Shown in pieces: positions 60,040 to 64,000 of a DNA stretch of 64,000 bases. The position numbers and the translations under genes were made by a program. The notes below the pieces were generated by a model that was not told the origin of the DNA, did no database searches, and worked only from the letters and a program-made list of their open reading frames with translations. The number at the start of each line of letters is the position of its first letter. The first letter of the stretch is position 1. The stretch is from Macrostomum hystrix. Taxonomy: Eukaryota; Animalia; Platyhelminthes. The DNA lies in the NCBI GenBank assembly GCA_950097015.1, contig CATNEN010000032.1, positions 1,550,001 through 1,614,000 on the forward strand. The letters run 5' to 3'.

Positions 60040-62200
60040 TATTGCTTTCAATTCTGCATCACATCATCTCACAGCTACAGTATACAGCTTCAATTCTGCA
60101 TCACATCATCTCACAGCTACAGTACAGCTTCAACTCTGCATCACATCATCTCACAGCTGCAGTGCAGCTTCAATTCTGCATCACATCATCTCACAGCTGC
60201 AGTGCAGCTTCAATTCTGCATCACATCATCTCACAGCTGCAGTGCAGCTTCAACTCTGCATCACATCATCTCACAGCTGCAGTATACAGCTTCAATTCTG
60301 CATCACATCATCTCACAGCTGCAGTGCAGCTTCAATTCTGCATCACATCATCACACAGCTACTGTACAGCTTCAATTCTGCATCACATCATCTCACAGCT
60401 ACAGTATACAGCTTCACCTCTGCATCACATCATCTCACAGCTGCAGTATACAGCTTCAATTCTCCATCACATCATCTCACAGCTTCACCTCTGCATCACA
60501 TCATCTCACAGCTGCAGTGCAGCTTCAATTCTGCCTGACATCATCTCACAGCTGCAGTGCAGCTTCAATTCTGCCTCACATCATCTCACAGCTTCACCTC
60601 TGCATCACATCATCTCACAGCTACAGTATACAGCTTCACCTCTGCATCACATCATCTCACAGCTGCAGTATACAGCTTCAATTCTCCATCACATCATCTC
60701 ACAGCTTCACCTCTGCATCACATCATCTCACAGCTGCAGTATACAGCTTCAATTCTGCATCACATCATCTCACAGCTGCAGTGCAGCTTCAATTCTGCCT
60801 CACATCATCTCACAGCTGCAGTGCAGCTTCAATTCTGCATCACATCATCTCACAGCTGCAGTGCGGCTTCAATTCTGCATCACATCATCTCACAGCTACA
60901 GTATACAGCTTCACCTCTGCATCACATCATCTCACAGCTGCAGTATACAGCTTCAATTCTCCATCACATCATCTCACAGCTTCACCTCTGCATCACATCA
61001 TCTCACAGCTGCAGTATACAGCTTCAATTCTCCATCACATCATCTCACAGCTTCACCTCTGCATCACATCATCTCACAGCTGCAGTATACAGCTTCAATT
61101 CTCCATCACATCATCTCACAGCTTCACCTCTGCATCACATCATCTCACAGCTGCAGTATACAGCTTCAATTCTGCATCACATCATCTCACAGCTGCAGTG
61201 CAGCTTCAATTCTGCCTCACATCATCTCACAGCTGCAGTGCAGCTTCAATTCTGCATCACATCATCTCACAGCTGCAGTGCAGCTTCAATTCTGCCTCAC
61301 ATCATCTCACAGCTGCAGTGCAGCTTCAATTCTGCATCACATCATCTCACAGCTGCAGTATACAGCTTCAATTCTCCATCACATCATCTCACAGCTGCAG
61401 TATACAGCTTCAATTCTCCATCACATCATCTCACAGCTGAAGTATACAGCTTCAATTCTGCATCACATCATCTCACAGCTACAGTATACAGCTTCACCTC
61501 TGCATCACATCATCTCACAGCTGCAGTATACAGCTTCAATTCTCCATCACATCATCTCACAGCTTCACCTCTGCATCACATCATCTCACAGCTGCAGTGC
61601 AGCTTCAATTCTGCCTGACATCATCTCACAGCTGCAGTGCAGCTTCAATTCTGCCTCACATCATCTCACAGCTTCACCTCTGCATCACATCATCTCACAG
61701 CTACAGTATACAGCTTCACCTCTGCATCACATCATCTCACAGCTGCAGTATACAGCTTCAATTCTCCATCACATCATCTCACAGCTTCACCTCTGCATCA
61801 CATCATCTCACAGCTGCAGTATACAGCTTCAATTCTGCATCACATCATCTCACAGCTGCAGTGCAGCTTCAATTCTGCCTCACATCATCTCACAGCTGCA
61901 GTGCAGCTTCAATTCTGCATCACATCATCTCACAGCTGCAGTGCAGCTTCAATTCTGCCTCACATCATCTCACAGCTGCAGTGCAGCTTCAATTCTGCAT
62001 CACATCATCTCACAGCTGCAGTGCAGCTTCAATTCTGCCTCACATCATCTCACAGCTGCAGTGCAGCTTCAATTCTGCATCACATCATCTCACAGCTGCA
62101 GTGCAGCTTCAATTCTGCCTCACATCATCTCACAGCTGCAGTGCAGCTTCAATTCTGCATCACATCATCTCACAGCTGCAGTGCAGCTTCAATTCTGCCA
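60040..62200 (+). repeat. Composite minisatellite of 40/42/29-bp units (CAGCTTCAATTCTGCATCACATCATCTCACAGCTGCAGTG)
   Basis: Tandem units; a block of about 500 bp repeated at +1080. Confidence 0.95.
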
Positions 62201-62712
62201 CACCCATTTACTCGACTGGTTAAGCCCTACTCATCTTTCAGGAATAAATTTCGCAGAATTCCAGTCTCATTGCCGATGGTCGGATAACGGGTGGCGGATC
62301 GGATGTATCTCCACTTCCCCTAGAAGCAGATCAGAGACCACACCCGGCAGATCAAAGCCATTGCGCCCAGCTTTGATTTCGGCTTGTGTTGCCAGGTTTT
62401 TAGAAACTTCACTTCACTGCGGCTGGAAAGATCATTGCAGAAAAAAATTTATCGAACTGAAATAAAACCTCTTCATGAGCCAGCAGCTATTAATTCCTAC
62501 CTGAAATTTTGAAATGTCCCACTAAAATAGTCCCGATTTTTTATTTTGGCCGTGGTTGTGATTTTTATACTCAAGCATGTCTAATGGATCTTTGGCGAGC
62601 ATCTCAGGAACTATTTCTGTGAAATGAATAGCTTGGACAATGAGACTAGAAATTTGACAAGCAGTTTAAAATCGATTAGACACAAATATTATAATAGATT
62701 AGATTAAATAAG

Positions 62713-63135
62713 ACAGTGAGAATAGATAAGATAGTGAGAATAGATGAGACACTGAGAATAGATGAGACACTGAGAATAGATGAGAAAGTGAGAATAGATG
62801 AGACACTGAGAATAGATGAGACAGTGAGAATGGATGAGACACTGAGAATAGATGAGAAAGTGAGAATAGATGAGACAGTGAGAATAGATGAGACACTGAG
62901 AATAGATGAGAAAGTGAGAATAGATGAGACAGTGAGAATGGATGAGACACTGAGAATAGATGAGAAAGTGAGAATAGATGAGACACTGAGAATAGATGAG
63001 AAAGAGAATAGATGAGACACTGAGAATAGATGAGAAAGTGAGAATAAATGAGACACTGAGAATAGATGAGAAAGTGAGAACAGATAAGACACTGAGAATA
63101 GATAAGACACTGAGAATAGATGAGACAGTGAGAAT
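62713..63135 (+). repeat. 18-bp minisatellite (GAGAATAGATGAGACACT), about 23 units
   Basis: Tandem units. Confidence 0.95.
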
Positions 63136-63558
63136 AGATTAGATTAGATTTGACACCATGAGATTCGATACTGAGCTAGAGTCTAAGATCAGTTTGGACA
63201 CAGACAGGACCTAGAGACATAAAATCAGAGTTGAAATGCTGAATGCATTACAGGCTGTGTAGGAAGCCAACATTAAGCGAAAACGGCAGACAATATTTAT
63301 GTTTGATAGCAGTGGTAGAACAATTACTTGCCATTTCGCTGCATGTTAGTTTATATTTTTATAAGCAATTATAGCTGTCAATTCTAAGGTCCTGTCGGAT
63401 GGCAAGGGCAGCTAGGAAATAATAAAAAGCTTCTATTTAAAATTCTGGCGACTATAGCGACTCACGCAAGGTGGCCAAGCAAAAACTAGAAATTTGGCCA
63501 AGTCCTACGAAACAGTTTATTTCAATAGGGAAATCTCATTGCTCATTGTGTGGCGCAG

Positions 63559-63807
63559 TCACATCCAGATGGCATTCCACAGTCTTGGCGCAACCTTCTT
63601 TGCCAGTCCAGCGCCGAGCATGCCGCCATACGTCTTGCTCAACTGCTCATGTTTTAGAAAATTTGTCGGGTGCTCAACTAGATGACCGCGAACCTTCTCC
63701 AGCTCCTTCAACGCCACAGCCGGGTCGCTCTGAGCCAATCCAGGCTCCTTAAGGAACTCCGAAAGCTGGGCGAAGGTCGTCGCGTTGTTTGGGTAGGTCC
63801 GGAACAC
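63559..63807 (-). CDS. PLD: Phospholipase D (PLD1/2 type), terminal exon
   Basis: VFRTYPNN...LSEFLKEPGLAQSDPAVALKELEKVRGHLVEHPTNFLKHEQL resembles the PLD1 C-terminus (VFRCLP...LKKIRGFLVQFPFYFL); acceptor ACCAG at 63808. Confidence 0.85.
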   Translation of the reverse strand: MFRTYPNNATTFAQLSEFLKEPGLAQSDPAVALKELEKVRGHLVEHPTNFLKHEQLSKTYGGMLGAGLAKKVAPRLWNAIWM

Positions 63808-63840
63808 CTGGTTGGCAGGGGTGGCACGCACAAAGGATAA

Positions 63841-64000
63841 AAGGGGTGGAGTAGTGTACGAGTACATTGGGTTGAGGAGCCCGGGCTCAGAAGACGGAAG
63901 GTCACAGAGAGAAGGGGTGGAGTAGTGTACATTGGGTTGAGGAGCCCGGGCTCAGAAGACGGAAGGCCAGAGAGAGAAGGCATGGAGTAGTGTACATTGG
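63841..64000 (+). repeat. About 65-bp tandem repeat in PLD intron, truncated by window end
   Basis: GGAGTAGTGTAC recurs near 63848, 63919, 63984. Confidence 0.8.

Noticed and set aside
60012-63110. Long repeat ORFs up to 817 aa
   Set aside because: Minisatellite translations

Overview
Eukaryotic (metazoan) genomic DNA: short GT-AG introns, GC-rich coding exons and about 16 kb (roughly 26%) of diverse minisatellite arrays. The style suggests a free-living flatworm such as Macrostomum lignano (inference only). Supported genes: two exons of a NETO-like CUB protein, a G-protein gamma subunit, an HS3ST1-like heparan sulfate 3-O-sulfotransferase, a secreted Gly/Tyr-rich protein (eggshell-like), a 3-exon multi-Tudor protein (about 1179 aa), a 4-exon C2 + Rab11-FIP-RBD protein, an intronless large-Maf bZIP, a 2-exon FMRFamide-receptor-like GPCR and the last exon of phospholipase D. 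Mobile elements: a young intact Ty3/gypsy element (315-bp LTRs, 6-bp TSD, candidate -1 frameshift signal), a frameshifted Crypton-type tyrosine recombinase element with unusual repeated terminal motifs, two 8-bp-TSD MITEs (one split by a solo LTR), and five copies of a tRNA-derived SINE. Most long ORFs in the supplied track are artefacts of tandem repeats. All calls come from manual reading; no searches were run.
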